Origin: Octopus vulgaris
Lineage: Eukaryota
Length of the DNA: 64,000 nt
Reading direction: 5' to 3'
Assembly (NCBI GenBank): GCA_951406725.2
Contig: OX597835.1
Coordinates: forward strand, 31,186,001 to 31,250,000
A program made the translations under genes and the position numbers. Positions 1-13,000 of the stretch are shown here, one piece after another (position 1 is the first letter of the stretch; every line of letters begins with the position of its first letter). The notes under the pieces were generated by a model. That model ran no database searches, was not told where the DNA came from, and saw only the letters and a list, made by a program, of their open reading frames with translations.

Positions 1-410
1 GGATTTAGAGTTTATCGAAAGGTGGGTGAAAGTTGCGAGAATGGCATGAGTGGATGGTACCCCTCTAAGTGTAGACCTACGAGTCGGTGAGAAGGAATTG
101 GAGAGGGTACTCGCTCTTCGTGTTCAGGAAAATCTCGAACAGCGCGGTTCCCCGAATATCCCTAGAGATCATTCTGTATCGGAAGGGCTACATCTCTATC
201 GTCTTCCCCACTTTTTCTTTTCTTTAAACCCTTGCATACTATGTATATATTCCTTTCTTTTTCATTGTATACCGTGTATGCTTACATTTTTTTTGTCTCT
301 AATCTAATTATTTTTTTCATTTCTTTATTTCTAAACCTCAACACTTTGTCTTTGTATTGCCCCTCTCATCCTTCACCCTGATGGCAAATAAATGAAATCA
401 TTATTATTAT
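1..410 (+). mobile_element. 3' end of an L1/Tx1-like non-LTR retrotransposon (ORF2 C-terminus plus 3' UTR), cut by the window start
   Basis: Translates as EFIERWVKVARMA*VDGTPLSVDL (F..RW motif typical of L1/Tx1 ORF2 ends); pyrimidine-rich UTR ends in AATAAA and an (ATT)n/(GTT)n tail; colinear homologue at 25855-26700. Confidence 0.65.
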
Positions 411-534
411 TGTTGTCGTTGTTGTTGTTGTTGTTTATGAAATTAATGGCTTTATTGTATTCACTAATTTCCTAAACGTTTCGTTCAGTTTTACCTCCGT
501 CTCACACCCTATCATTCTCTCCTCTTTCTTTATA

Positions 535-575
<41 letters not shown>

Positions 576-1020
576 CTCTCTCTCTCTCTTTCTATCTCTC
601 TTACACACTTTGATGTCATTCTAGAAGTTATCTTGTATGTATCATAAAAATTGTACAACGACACACAATTAACCAGTGCGTTAATTAATGAATTAATTAA
701 GTTATTAACTATTTTAATAATGTTTTTCTTACATTCGACTTGAGGTCACGCATGTTTGTAAATGAGAGACTGTCGCAGTTCAGTCCAGTCATATATACGC
801 TGACCTTCCCCCCACCCCGGATATCTGAAGGATGGAGTAATGTATTAGTGAAGGCAGTGCGGATGGTAGTGCTAATGGTATTGTTAGAGTAGAGTCATTA
901 TCACGCTAATATATTCACCACCAGCACCACTGCAATCACCATCACCACCTCCACCATCGACAACAAAATATTATCAATACCATCACAACTCGCAACCACA
1001 CTAATCGAAGACAATAATAA

Positions 1021-1233
1021 TCTTTACTACTATAGGCACAAGGCCTGAAATTTGGGGAACAGAGTAAGTCGATTACATCGACCCAAGTGCTCGACTGATA
1101 CTTATTTTATCGACCCCGAAAGGATCAAAGGCAAAGTCGACCTCGGCGGAATTTGAACTCAGAACGTAACGGCAGAAGAATTACTGCTAGGCATTTCGCC
1201 CGGCGTGCTAACGTTTCTGCCAGCTCGCTGCCT
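1021..1233 (-). mobile_element. tRNA-derived SINE, family A (Deu/Nin-domain-like core), tail variant 2
   Basis: Minus strand reads AGGCAGCGAGCTGGCAGAAACGTTAGC..., B-box GAGTTCAAATTCC, then core TTTGCCTTTGATCCTTTCGGGGTCGATAAAATAAGTATCAG; many copies in the window. Confidence 0.85.
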
Positions 1234-1263
1234 CAAAAGGAACAGTAATATTAACAAAAATAA

Positions 1264-1497
1264 AGGCGGTGTGCTGACAGAATCGTTAGCATGCCGGGCG
1301 AAATGCGAAGCGGTTTTTCGTCAGCCGTTACATTCTAATTTCAAATTCCGTCGAAGTCGACTTTGCCTTTCATCCTTCCGGAGTCGATTAAATAATTACC
1401 AGTTTCGCACTGGGGTCGATGTAATATGTAATCGACTTAATCCCTTTATCTGTCTTTGTCCCCTCTTTGTTTAGCCCCCGGTGGGTAATAAAGAAAT
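1264..1497 (+). mobile_element. tRNA-derived SINE, family A, tail variant 1
   Basis: Same head and core (GCCTTTCATCCTTCCGGAGTCGAT) on the plus strand; tail TTTAGCCCC...GTGGGTAATAAAGAAATA. Confidence 0.85.
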
Positions 1498-1579
1498 AAA
1501 TAATAACAATAATTTTTGCGTGGCTGGTAATCCTACGCGCAATAGTAATCTAATTTTCCATTAACCATTGTCTACCGTC

Positions 1580-1800
1580 ACATGACTGTGCGATAAGAAG
1601 TTTGATTCCAAATCACATGGTTCGGGGTTCAGTCCCACTGGGTGCCAACCTTTGGAAACGGCTTCTACCATAGCCTTAGCCCGACCAAATCATTGTAAGT
1701 GGATTTGGAGGAAGGAAACTGAAAGAAGCCTGTCGCATGTGTCTGTGTGTGTATATGTATGTGTGCGTGTGTGTTTTTGTCTGTGTTTGTCTCCCACCAC
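1580..1800 (+). mobile_element. SINE family B (CORE-like), 5' part
   Basis: GGTTCAGTCCCACT...GGATTTGG...GGAAACTGAAAGAAGCC matches the full-length copies at 21518 and 60904. Confidence 0.7.
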
Positions 1801-1919
1801 ATATATATATACACACACACACATATATATATGTATGTATGTAAGTATGTATGTATGTATGTATGTATTAATACATATATATATACACCTATATATATAT
1901 TAATATATATATATATATG

Positions 1920-1976
<57 letters not shown>

Positions 1977-2063
1977 TTTTTATATATATATATATATATT
2001 TATATAGGTGTCGTGAAGCAAACAAAATAGAACACAAAACATGTGTATATGTATGTGTGTGTG

Positions 2064-2118
<55 letters not shown>

Positions 2119-2683
2119 CTTGATATACTCCGATGTAGGCAATGCTTGGAATAAAGCTGGCCTAATCATGAATGGTTTTAATTATCGGTCTACCGGTCAA
2201 GTCAAGACCAAGGCTTACGCAAGAAACACGATTTAGTGGCTAAACGTCTAAACGGTCGGTCAACACGCGAGAAAGAACAGCTAATATTTCCCTGAAAAAA
2301 CTACCCTACATTATTAGAAAAATGAGGACACAATTTAGGTCTGTTGTCGCTGAATAAAGGGTCACGGATGGCACGTCTTGATCATGGGATTATTTAATCA
2401 ATTTTGATTCGGGTGGAACAACAAATCCACCATGAAAAGAACACACAGAAAAAAGCAAAAAAAGAACAATTATAAACTGAAAAACCAAAAAGAAACAAAC
2501 ATAACAATAATAATAAATAAACGGGATTGAAAGAAGTAAAAAAACTCAGTGACAGCTGGTTAATCCCTGACTTAAATGTCCGCTAATCCCTTAAACCAAA
2601 TGATGTCCCTATTAAAGGAGTATGTCCCTCTTATCAATTTCACCTTGCATTGTAAAATTGGGCAAAGATGGCGTTATGAAAAT

Positions 2684-3087
2684 ATTATTGTTGCTGTTGT
2701 TGTTGTTCTCGGTGGTGGTGGTGGTGGGGGTGATGGCGGTGGTAGTAGTGGTGTTGGAGGTAGTGTTGTAGTTGTTGTAGTTGTTGTTGGTGGTGATGGC
2801 GGTGGTGATGTTGGTCGTAGTGGTGGTGGTGGTGGTAATGCTGAATGCGTTGTTGATGGTGGTTATGATTGTTGTTGTGGTGGTGGTCGTCATCGTGGTA
2901 GCAATGGAAATGGTGGTGATATCGGCAGTGGCAATGATGAGGGTGGTGATAATGGCGGTGTGGTTATAGCGGCGGTGGTGGTGAGTTTGGAGTCTAGCAT
3001 TTATGGTGGCCGCCGATCTTCCTAATGAAAATGTATCATGACTGGTGTTGTTTTTGTTGTTGTTGTTGTTGCTGTTATTATTATTAA

Positions 3088-3133
<46 letters not shown>

Positions 3134-3330
3134 TGTGTTGTTGTTGCAGTGGTTGTTGTTGCAGTGGTTGTTGTTGTTGTCATTGTTGTTATATTCTTAT
3201 CTTTATTCGTGTAAATTGAGTTATGATGGTGATGTTGTTGTTGTTGTTGTTGCTGTTGGTGGTGGTGGTGGTGGTGGTGGCGGCGGCGGTGGTGGCGGTG
3301 GTTGTGGTGGCGGTATTGGTGGTGGGGATT
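2684..3330. repeat. Compound trinucleotide microsatellite (GTT/GGT/GAT/ATT/GGC)
   Basis: Read directly; source of the spurious poly-G/V/L ORFs. Confidence 0.9.
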
Positions 3331-3744
3331 CTAGTGGAAGCCATGGAACGGTAAGGGGTGATGCATCTCATTGTCTTTATTCTTGTTGAGAGTCCTGGGT
3401 TTATGTAGAAGTATATAATGTCCGTGGCAGCGTGTGGAGACATAGAGAGACATAGAGAGAGAGGGGGGAGAGACTAAGGGAGAGAGCCTTAGAGTGGAAG
3501 AGAGAGAGAGAGATGAAGAGGGAGAAAGAAATAGATAGATACACAGATAGACGGGTAGATAGATAAACCCGAGTTAAATGTGTCGACTGGACGCGATTAT
3601 CGCCCACTCAATCTTGATCATTTCTACAATTGAAACTAATTAAAAACAAACAATACTTCACTAACGCCTCTGTAATTATATAATGAAATAAGGAGTTCAA
3701 AATGGGATTACAAAATGGGATGCGATTACAAAGATGGCCGAATG

Positions 3745-4920
3745 TTGTGCATTAAACGATCTTAACTATGGAAGGAAATCGGAGATATAATTGAAATTTT
3801 TAAGATAATGGAACAAGGCCGAGTACTATGAGTTTAACTATTTTAATTATGAAAGGAAGTCGGTGATATAACTGAAATAGTTAACAAGGTTCAGCGTAAA
3901 GTATTAATCCTTTTGTTATCATATTTCTGTTGAGATCCTCTGTGTTTCTTTCAATTTATTTTAAATATAATAAAGAATTTAGTAAAATAACTTAGTTATC
4001 ATTAAGCTAATGTTCGGAACATAAATTGTGACTAAGGTTTGTTGAAGGTTTTAATTCAGAACTTTTGAAAACAAGACAATTGTACTACAGAGTCAGACCC
4101 AGTTTCAGCCGGGTTGGTAATAAAGGCGTCAAGAATTGTTTTTCTGTTATATATTTTAACCCTTTCGTTACTATATTTATTTTGAGATGCTCTGTGTTTC
4201 TTTCAATTAATTTTAGATATTACAAAGAATTTAGTAAAATAACTTAGTTATCATTAAGCTTATGTTAGGAATATAAAGTGTTACTAAGGCTTGGTGGAAG
4301 GTTTTAATTCAGAACTTTTGAAATCAAGACATTTGTACTCAGAGCCAGTGGCAGTTTCAGCTGGGTTGGAAACAAAAGGGTTACGAATTGTTTCTCTGTT
4401 ATATATTTGAACCATTTCGTTACTCTACTCATTAAAATGCTCTTTTTTTCTTTCAATTAATTCTAAATATAACAAAGAATTTACAAAAATAACTTAACTA
4501 TCACTAAGTTACTGTTAGTAACATAAATTGCGACTAAGGTTTGGTAGAGTATTTTATTTCAGAACTTTTGAAAACAAGACACTTGTACTACAGAGCCAGA
4601 CGCACTTTCAGCTGGGTTAGTATCGAAAGGGTTAAACGATATTAATTATGGAAGGAAATATCAGATATAATTGAACTATTAAAGATAATGAAACATGGTT
4701 CAGTGTTATGCTGAAACAATACGGGAGCAAAATTGAAATATTTAAGATAATGAAACATAGCTGAGTGCTGTACATTTATCGACGTTAAGTGTGGAAGGAT
4801 ATCGGAGAAATGATTGAAATATTTATGTTAATGAAATATGTTTGGGTGTTTTGCGTTAAACTATGGTAGGTATGGAAGTAAATTGGAGACATAATTGAAA
4901 TATATACAATAATGAAACAA
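3745..4920 (+). repeat. Degenerate ~80-bp minisatellite, interrupted by a MITE array at a TTAA
   Basis: Recurrent unit TTAAACGAT.TTAA.TATGGAAGGAAATCGGAGATATAATTGAAAT.TTTAAGATAATGAAACA at about 3751, 3833, 4632, 4720, 4785 and 4856. Confidence 0.75.
3904..4635. mobile_element. Three tandem ~225-bp piggyBac-like MITEs
   Basis: Copies at 3904-4132, 4156-4384 and 4408-4635; consensus ends TTAA-CCCTTTCGTTAC...GTA.CGAAAGGG-TTAA (TTAA target, CCC/GGG termini); separated by a shared 23-bp spacer GAATTGTTT.TCTGTTATATATT. Confidence 0.75.
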
Positions 4921-5571
4921 TATCAAGAAGATCTATAAAATTTATGCATGAAAATAGAAATAATACTTTTAAGAAGTGGAATTTCCAAGGGTTACGACAG
5001 GTTCAATAAAATGTCATAAGCGGGGATGTGGGATGGGGGCGAAGCGAGGAGAAAGAAGAGGAGGAGGAGGGGGAAAAATTGGTTAGAAAGGAAATGTAGG
5101 AGAAGCGCACAGACGAAGCGGAAGATGGAGAGAGAGAGAGAGGAAGGAGGGAAAGAGGGGGAGAGAGGGGGAGCGAGGGGGAGAAAAGAGAGAGGAGAAA
5201 AATCAAAGTAGAAAAAGCGATCGCAGGGAATTATTTTCGATTTTTTTTTGTTTTTTGGTAATTTTAAATATTTTCAAAATATTTTCAGACAACATGGCCC
5301 CATCCTGCCCTGCTCCACCTTCATGCAATTCCATGTGTTTCAAGATGTCTTCACTTGTCTACACATATCTTTTAATGCATTTCGAATAAATCTTTCATAT
5401 ATATTTATATACACACATACGCACATACCTACACATACATGCAAATATATATACATACATATATATATATGTGTATGTGTGTGTGTGTGTGTGTGTGTGT
5501 ATGTATACATATGTCTGTATATAAACATCTCTTTCTATATGTATGTATATAAGCATGCATTCATATATATA

Positions 5572-5609
<38 letters not shown>

Positions 5610-6114
5610 TACATATATACATATATACATATATACATATAAATATATATGTGTGTGTGTGTTTTTTATGTATGTTTATTTATAAATATATGTATAAATA
5701 CGTGTCTACATGTATATATATATGTACTGTATATACATGCATTTATGTATATATACATATACATTAAATGTGTATATATAATATATACATATATACATGC
5801 AAACAGACAAACACGCATATTAAATTTACACGTGGTAAATAAGCTTCCCAAAAAATTTCCACCATCTTCCACACACTCCCGACTCCTGTGTCTTCCCTCA
5901 AGTTCTTCTTCTTCCCGAACCCCACCCCCTGATTTCAACGAAGACATTTTTTTAAAAATCCCCTTTGCAAGTTATTTCTCTCCTCCCTTTAACAATTCCA
6001 CTTTCTACCATGTTTCCATTCATTTTCTTTATTTTTCTTCTTTAAACCACTTTTGTCCGGTTCTCCTTCATTCGAACTCGCTTCAATATTTGTATCATTT
6101 TTATTTATATTCTT

Positions 6115-6504
6115 TTATTTGTTTATTTGTTTCAGTCATTTGACTGTGGCCATGCTGGGACACCGCCTTGAACGGATTTAGTCGAACAAATCGACCCCAG
6201 GACATTTTTTATTAAGCCTAGTACATCGGTTGTCATGCGATGGTGAGAGGACAAACTCAGACACAAAGACACACACATAGATACACACACATACACACGC
6301 ACGAACACACACACACACACATACACACGCACACATATATGCATATATACGACAGGCGTCTTTCAGTTTCCGTCAAACAAATCAACTCACAAGACTTTGG
6401 TCAGCCCGAGGCTAAAGTGGAAGAGACTTACCCAAGGTGCCACGCAATGGGAATGAATACGAGACCGTGTGATTGCGAAGGGAGCTTCTTACCACACGGC
6501 CACA
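6115..6504 (-). mobile_element. SINE family B
   Basis: Plus strand shows tail TTTCAGTCATTTGACTGTGGCCATGCTGG, an internal (CA)n and head ...CTTACCACACGGCCAC; has an internal deletion. Confidence 0.8.
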
Positions 6505-6505
6505 C

Positions 6506-6700
6506 CGAAACGGCACACCGTCGGTTACGACGACGAGTGTTGTTCCGGTTGATTCTATCAACAGGACAGCCTGCTCGTGAAATTAACGTGCAAGTGGCCG
6601 AGCACTACACAGACTTGTGTACCCTTTACGTAGTTCTCAAGGAGATTCAGCGTGGCATACAAGGTGACAAAAACTGACCCTTTTTGAAATACAGGCCCTG
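6506..6700 (-). mobile_element. Fragment of another interspersed repeat (probable SINE/LINE 3' segment)
   Basis: Degenerate reverse-complement homologue at about 34740-34890 (GTACAC.TGTCTGTGGA.TACTC...CACGTTAATT). Confidence 0.45.
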
Positions 6701-6857
6701 TCCATTTTTGCCACCTGAGTTAACTCTGGAGGAACGTAAAATAATATATCGACGTAAAGTCCGGACAGTACGAAAAAGGCTAGCAGACCCACTTCCAAGT
6801 CCTTGTCATCACTCATCATCTAAAAGTAAAATAAATATGGTCCCTACAAAAGCTATT

Positions 6858-6910
6858 AGGTTTGGTAGATGGAAACTGAAAGACGCCCGTTGTATACATG
6901 TATATATACA

Positions 6911-6946
<36 letters not shown>

Positions 6947-7030
6947 TGTATGTATGTATGTATGTGAGTCGGTGTTTGTCCTCCAACCATCGCTTGATAA
7001 CCGATGCTGGTGTGTTTACGTCCCTGTATG
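6858..7030 (+). mobile_element. SINE family B, middle fragment
   Basis: TTTGGTAGATGGAAACTGAAAGA..., (TATG)n, then CATCGCTTGATAACCGATGCTGGTGTGTTTACGTCCC. Confidence 0.75.
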
Positions 7031-7127
7031 TAGTTGTGTATGTGTATGTGTTTGTGTGTGTATTCCAAATTCAAAACGTTGAGTAAGCAGATTTATCGAT
7101 GAACTCAAGAAAACACAAACATTACAT

Positions 7128-7191
<64 letters not shown>

Positions 7192-7336
7192 ACAGAAATA
7201 TGCATACATAGAGAGAGTGAGACAGAGAAATAGATAGACATAGAGTCAGACAGACAGACATATAGACAGACAGGCAGACAGACAGACAGATTGACAGACA
7301 GACAGACAGACAGACAGGCAGATAGATAGATGGATG

Positions 7337-7419
<83 letters not shown>

Positions 7420-7582
7420 GTAGATAGATAGGCATCCATGATTCTGTTTGCATGCGCGTGTGGAAATAAGTGTTTCCCACACAACAAAAACGACAACGGG
7501 TGTCCACAAGGATACCTCGTATACTTCGCGTGTAAACAACGTTCGAAATTAATCATATAATTACCGGCACATGCTTACACAC

Positions 7583-7635
<53 letters not shown>

Positions 7636-7886
7636 CATACACACACAAAGAGCCATACACATGCATAGCCTTACAAAAGCGCTTATGTGGTCGTGTTTGT
7701 GTGTACTCCTGTTTGAAAGTGCGTCTGAATAAACGTAGGTAAAATTTTGACATACGTCTGTTTGTCTAATATCCGCTAGTCTATCAACTTACAGCAAACC
7801 AATTAACCACCTTCAAATTACAGTCACACACACACCCACCTATAAACCCACAATACATATATATACATATATAAATACATATATAC

Positions 7887-7943
<57 letters not shown>

Positions 7944-7977
7944 TATATATGTACATATATGATATATATATATATAT

Positions 7978-8082
<105 letters not shown>

Positions 8083-8181
8083 CTGTGTTTATATACGTGT
8101 GTGTGCTTGTGTCTATGTGCATGTGCGCGTGCTTCTGGGTAAATACGAACCGTGTTTGTATTGTTCTTAATGAGGTGTTCC

Positions 8182-8200
8182 TAGTGCCACCTAGTGGTCA
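8182..8200 (-). promoter_or_regulatory. Candidate CTCF binding site
   Basis: Minus strand TGACCACTAGGTGGCACTA versus the CTCF core consensus TGGCCACCAGGGGGCGCTA; differences fall at degenerate positions; lies in unique sequence. Confidence 0.6.
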
Positions 8201-8543
8201 ATTAAAGAACACCTTGAAGTTACACGAGAGAGCAATACGTGTCAGGTGAATGAAATATATTTAAACTGTACATACTGCCAGTCAGGTACTCACACATATG
8301 CACCCATATATACCTGTATATATACACACGCACGCACACACACACATATGATGGTAGAAAGGGGACGAGAGATATTGAGGAAGTATGTTGTTTGAGGTGT
8401 AGGATGAGGAAGGGTATGTGGTGGTAAATAAAGAGGAAGACATCGTCATTGAAAACTTTTGTGACATTCTAATACACGCTTACATATATACATGCATATA
8501 TGTATATATATAACCATATGCATATATGCATACGAATATATGA

Positions 8544-8597
<54 letters not shown>

Positions 8598-8800
8598 GAG
8601 TGGGAGAGTGAGAAAGAGGTTTGATAGAAAGATCGATAGATTTTCTAAGTCACTATTATCTTCTGCTCGAAAACTTTTAATATACATGGATCGTACTATA
8701 GAGTAATTTTGTAATTCTTTACTTTAAAATTACAATTAATTTACATATAACTCGACATTGAAATAACGCGCACACACAATCCTGCTATATATATATATAT

Positions 8801-8839
<39 letters not shown>

Positions 8840-8932
8840 TATGTATGTGTGTGTATGTATATATATGTGTCTTTATATATATATGGAGAGAAAGATAGAG
8901 GGAGTGAGTGAGAGAGAGTCACACAGACACAC

Positions 8933-9013
<81 letters not shown>

Positions 9014-9019
9014 GATAGT

Positions 9020-9292
9020 ATATAGCGTCCATGGCCGAGTAATCCGCTGTCACTTGTTCTTTTTATGTATTTCTCAACCAGAAGTGAAACACAATGTTAT
9101 GGGGCTGCTACTTGGAGTCACAGTTATCGGTCATCATATGGGGAACCAGACAGTTGCTGTACATCCAAATTCATTAAACCTCATCTGTTTGCCTGGTTAA
9201 GGTAGTGAAGAAGAATTGTACAAGGTCTCTTGTAGCGGTATCGAACCTGGAACCTCAAAGTTTGTAAATAATCTTGGGAATAAGTTAGCCAT
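9020..9292 (-). mobile_element. Old degenerate tRNA-derived SINE (CORE-like)
   Basis: Minus strand CATGGCTAAC..., B-box GGTTCGATACC, then GAGACCTTGTACAATT (CORE-like GACCTTGGGCAAGT). Confidence 0.45.
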
Positions 9293-9347
9293 GTTGAGAA
9301 TACCGAAGTATTCACAAGATAGATAAATGTGAATATATATATATATA

Positions 9348-9387
<40 letters not shown>

Positions 9388-9612
9388 TGTGTATGCATGC
9401 ATGTATGTATGTATGTATGTATGAATGTATGTATGTATGTATGTATGTATGTATGTATGGATGTATGCGTGTATATATCTGTGTGCGCGCTTCTGTGTGT
9501 TTCAGAAAGATCGATAAAGCGGCAGACATACAAACAGACAGACACATACACACAGATATATATATCTATATCTATATCTATATCTATATCTATCTATCTA
9601 TCTATCTCTCTA

Positions 9613-9652
<40 letters not shown>

Positions 9653-9665
9653 GATAGATAGATAG

Positions 9666-9698
<33 letters not shown>

Positions 9699-10030
9699 TA
9701 GATATAGATATAGATATATGTAATTAGAAAGATCGATAGACAGACAGACTGACAGAGACATACAGATAGATAGTTAGAGAGAGAGAGAGAGGAGGGAAAG
9801 AGAGAAAGAAAGAGAGGTAGAAGATAGATATAAGTATATGTATATTTATAGAGATATATACATTCACACTTGCATGCAAAAATAAGTAAATGCCTCCATA
9901 CATAACCACCTACATAATACATACATACATACATACATACATACATACATACATACATTTATTTTTCTTATTATACATACATGCATGCGCTAAGTATGCG
10001 AAAGTACTTTAGACTTGACATATATATATG

Positions 10031-10113
<83 letters not shown>

Positions 10114-10685
10114 TGTGTATGTATGTATGTATGTATGTATGCTTGTATATATATATATATAAAGATCAATTAAAACTACATGGAATTTCAACATAATGAA
10201 AGATTTCAATGCTGATGAGGAGGACGATGATGCTGATAATGATAATAATGATGACAACGACGACGACGATGATGAAGATGACGGTGACGACGATGATGAT
10301 AGTGATGATGATAATGATGATGATGACGATTGGGGCGGAGATGACGAGGATGTGTGGGGAAATGGTTGCTTTTAAGCGCAAATCAGTCAGATCGATAATG
10401 TGAACACAAATCAGTCGATTATGAATCTCTCAATGTATTATAATAGATCAATAGGTAAAGCTATTGATTTTCATACCAGTCGTTGTTGTTGCTCATGTTG
10501 TTGTTGTTGTTGTTGTTCGCTATTTGGCTGTAATAATAGCAGAGGCTGAGCAAAGAGAGTCGGTCGCTTCACAGTGGAATGGTATTAAAAAGTAGCATTG
10601 TGTTGCCGGACGGTTCTTCGACATATCAATGCGTTTCTATGTCTGTGTTAAGTGCATGTGAGTGTATGTGTGTGTGTATGTGTTT

Positions 10686-10716
<31 letters not shown>

Positions 10717-10721
10717 AGTGT

Positions 10722-11334
10722 AGATATGTTTGTATGTCTGTGTGCTTTAGAGTATGACTTGTGCAGTGCTTGTGTTGACGGTCTGTTTCAATATACATAC
10801 ATACTTACGTACGTACATACACACACACACACACATACATACATACATACGTACGTACATGCATACATACATACATACACACATACATACATACAAACAT
10901 ACATACATACATACATTCATACATACGTACGTACATACACACACACATACATACATACATACATACATACATACATACATACATACATACATACATACAT
11001 ACGTACGTACGTACATACACACATATACAAGCATATATAGATATGTGTGTGTGTGGGGGGGTATTATATACTATATATATATATTGTGTGGGTGTGTGTG
11101 TGCGAGAATGTGAGTGTGTAGATATGCTTGTATGCCTGTATGTGTTAGTGTATGAATTGTGCAGTGCTTGTGTTGACGTTCTGTTTCAATATACATACAT
11201 GCATTCATACATACGTACATTCATGGGAGGCGTGTGTATGTGAGTGTGTGTGTGTGGGTGGAAATATGCTTCTATGTCTGTGTGTGTTAGTGTATGACTT
11301 GTGCAGTGCTTCATTTGACAGCCTGTTTCAATAT
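10722..11334 (+). repeat. Three dispersed direct repeats of ~73 bp separated by microsatellite spacers
   Basis: AGATATG...GTATGACTTGTGCAGTGCTTGTGTTGACG.TCTGTTTCAATATA at about 10722, 11120 and 11262. Confidence 0.8.
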
Positions 11335-11779
11335 AGATACATACATACGTACGTACAATCATACCTGCGTACGTACACACATATATAAGCATGTATATAT
11401 GTATATGTATATATATGTGCATATTGTAAACTATATATGCGAGCGTGTGTGTGCGTGTGTGTGCGTGTGTGTGCGTGTGTATTCCATGATTAATGACGGA
11501 AAAACTATTGGTTAAAATACGCACACGCACGCATACCCACGCATACACACATACACACATATTCGTGCGCGCGCACTCACGCGCGTATATACTTTGTTTT
11601 AGTGTACATGTGTGGATTTATGTGCGTTTGCGTCTATATGAGGGGATATATATATATATATACATACATACATACATACATACACACACATATATATATA
11701 TGGGTGTATATGTATGCGTATATGTTCATATATCTGTATGTATATATAAACAGATATATATACATATGTGTACCTTCTT

Positions 11780-11984
11780 TTATTCTTTTAATTGTTTCAG
11801 TCATTTGACTGCGCCCATGCTGGACCAGCGCCTTTTACTCGAACAAATCGGCCCCAGGACTTATTCTTTGCAAGCCTAGTACTTATTCCATCGGTCTCTT
11901 TTCCCGAACCGCTATGTTACGGGGACGTAAATACACCAACATCGGTTGTCAAGCGATGGTGGAGGGACAAACACAGACACACAA

Positions 11985-12015
<31 letters not shown>

Positions 12016-12114
12016 CGACGGGCTTCTTTCAGTTTTCGTCTATCAAATGCACTCATAAAGCTTTGGAACTGAATCCGGAACCATGTGGTTAGTAAGCAAG
12101 GTACTTACCACACC
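11780..12114 (-). mobile_element. SINE family B with an internal deletion
   Basis: Tail, body and head motifs match 60904-61310. Confidence 0.8.
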
Positions 12115-12158
12115 GCCCCCCCCCCCCCCGCCTATATATATATATATATATGTATTTG

Positions 12159-12191
<33 letters not shown>

Positions 12192-12626
12192 CGTACATAC
12201 ATACACACACACACGTACGATCTTGTGAAGGAGAATGGATTGACAGACTGTCAATGCTTTAATTTAATTTTTTTTCTCATTCGAATTTATTTTCTTATTC
12301 TTTTGAGTTGGAGCTATATGAAATAAAATAGCAGCCAAATCATAGCTGCCTGTCAGAGTTTCATGTGACCATGGCCGTAATTGTCTGAAGAATGAACACG
12401 AGGAAGTCTGAGTAATAGTTTGCGAATATTTTTTTCGGTTTTAAGAAATAGTATATTAGTCTACCTTTTGTATTCGAGTACTATATTTTTCACCTTGTTT
12501 TGCATTTATGTAGTTACTTGTTTGTGTGGGTGCGTGTGTGCATGTATATGCATATGTGTACATATATATGTATACATATGTGTAGGTGTTTTTGTGCGTG
12601 GGAGCGTGTATGAATACATGTAACTA

Positions 12627-12762
12627 TTTTTGTAAACGGTGAAGAATCTGTACATTACATGGTTTTGATCAACATGATATCAGATGGCCTTGTCTAATCG
12701 ATTCCAGATGACCTGTGATCGGAGGCCTCTGTGGTAATAGCCCTGAACGACAACAACAGCAA
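12627..12762 (+). mobile_element. Short retroelement 3' end with (CAA)n-like tail, copy 1
   Basis: Homologous to 13471-13610 (shared GTCTAATCGATTCCAGATGACCT.TGAT.GGAGG...TAATAGCCCT.AACG.CAACAACAGCAA). Confidence 0.55.
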
Positions 12763-12829
12763 TATATATATATATATATATATATACAGATAGATAGACT
12801 GATAGATATTCATATAGAGAGATAGATAG

Positions 12830-12880
<51 letters not shown>

Positions 12881-12960
12881 GGGGTGTATTTGGAAGATTA
12901 GAATAGTTTTTGTCAGGCTTACTAAAAGTAATAGGTATGTGTTGGCAGTGCTCAAATATG

Positions 12961-13000
<40 letters not shown>

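Noticed and set aside
3904-4635. Repeat-spacer pattern superficially like a CRISPR array (also 10722-11334 and 33765-33913)
   Set aside because: Eukaryotic context, wrong unit sizes, spacers not unique, no cas genes.
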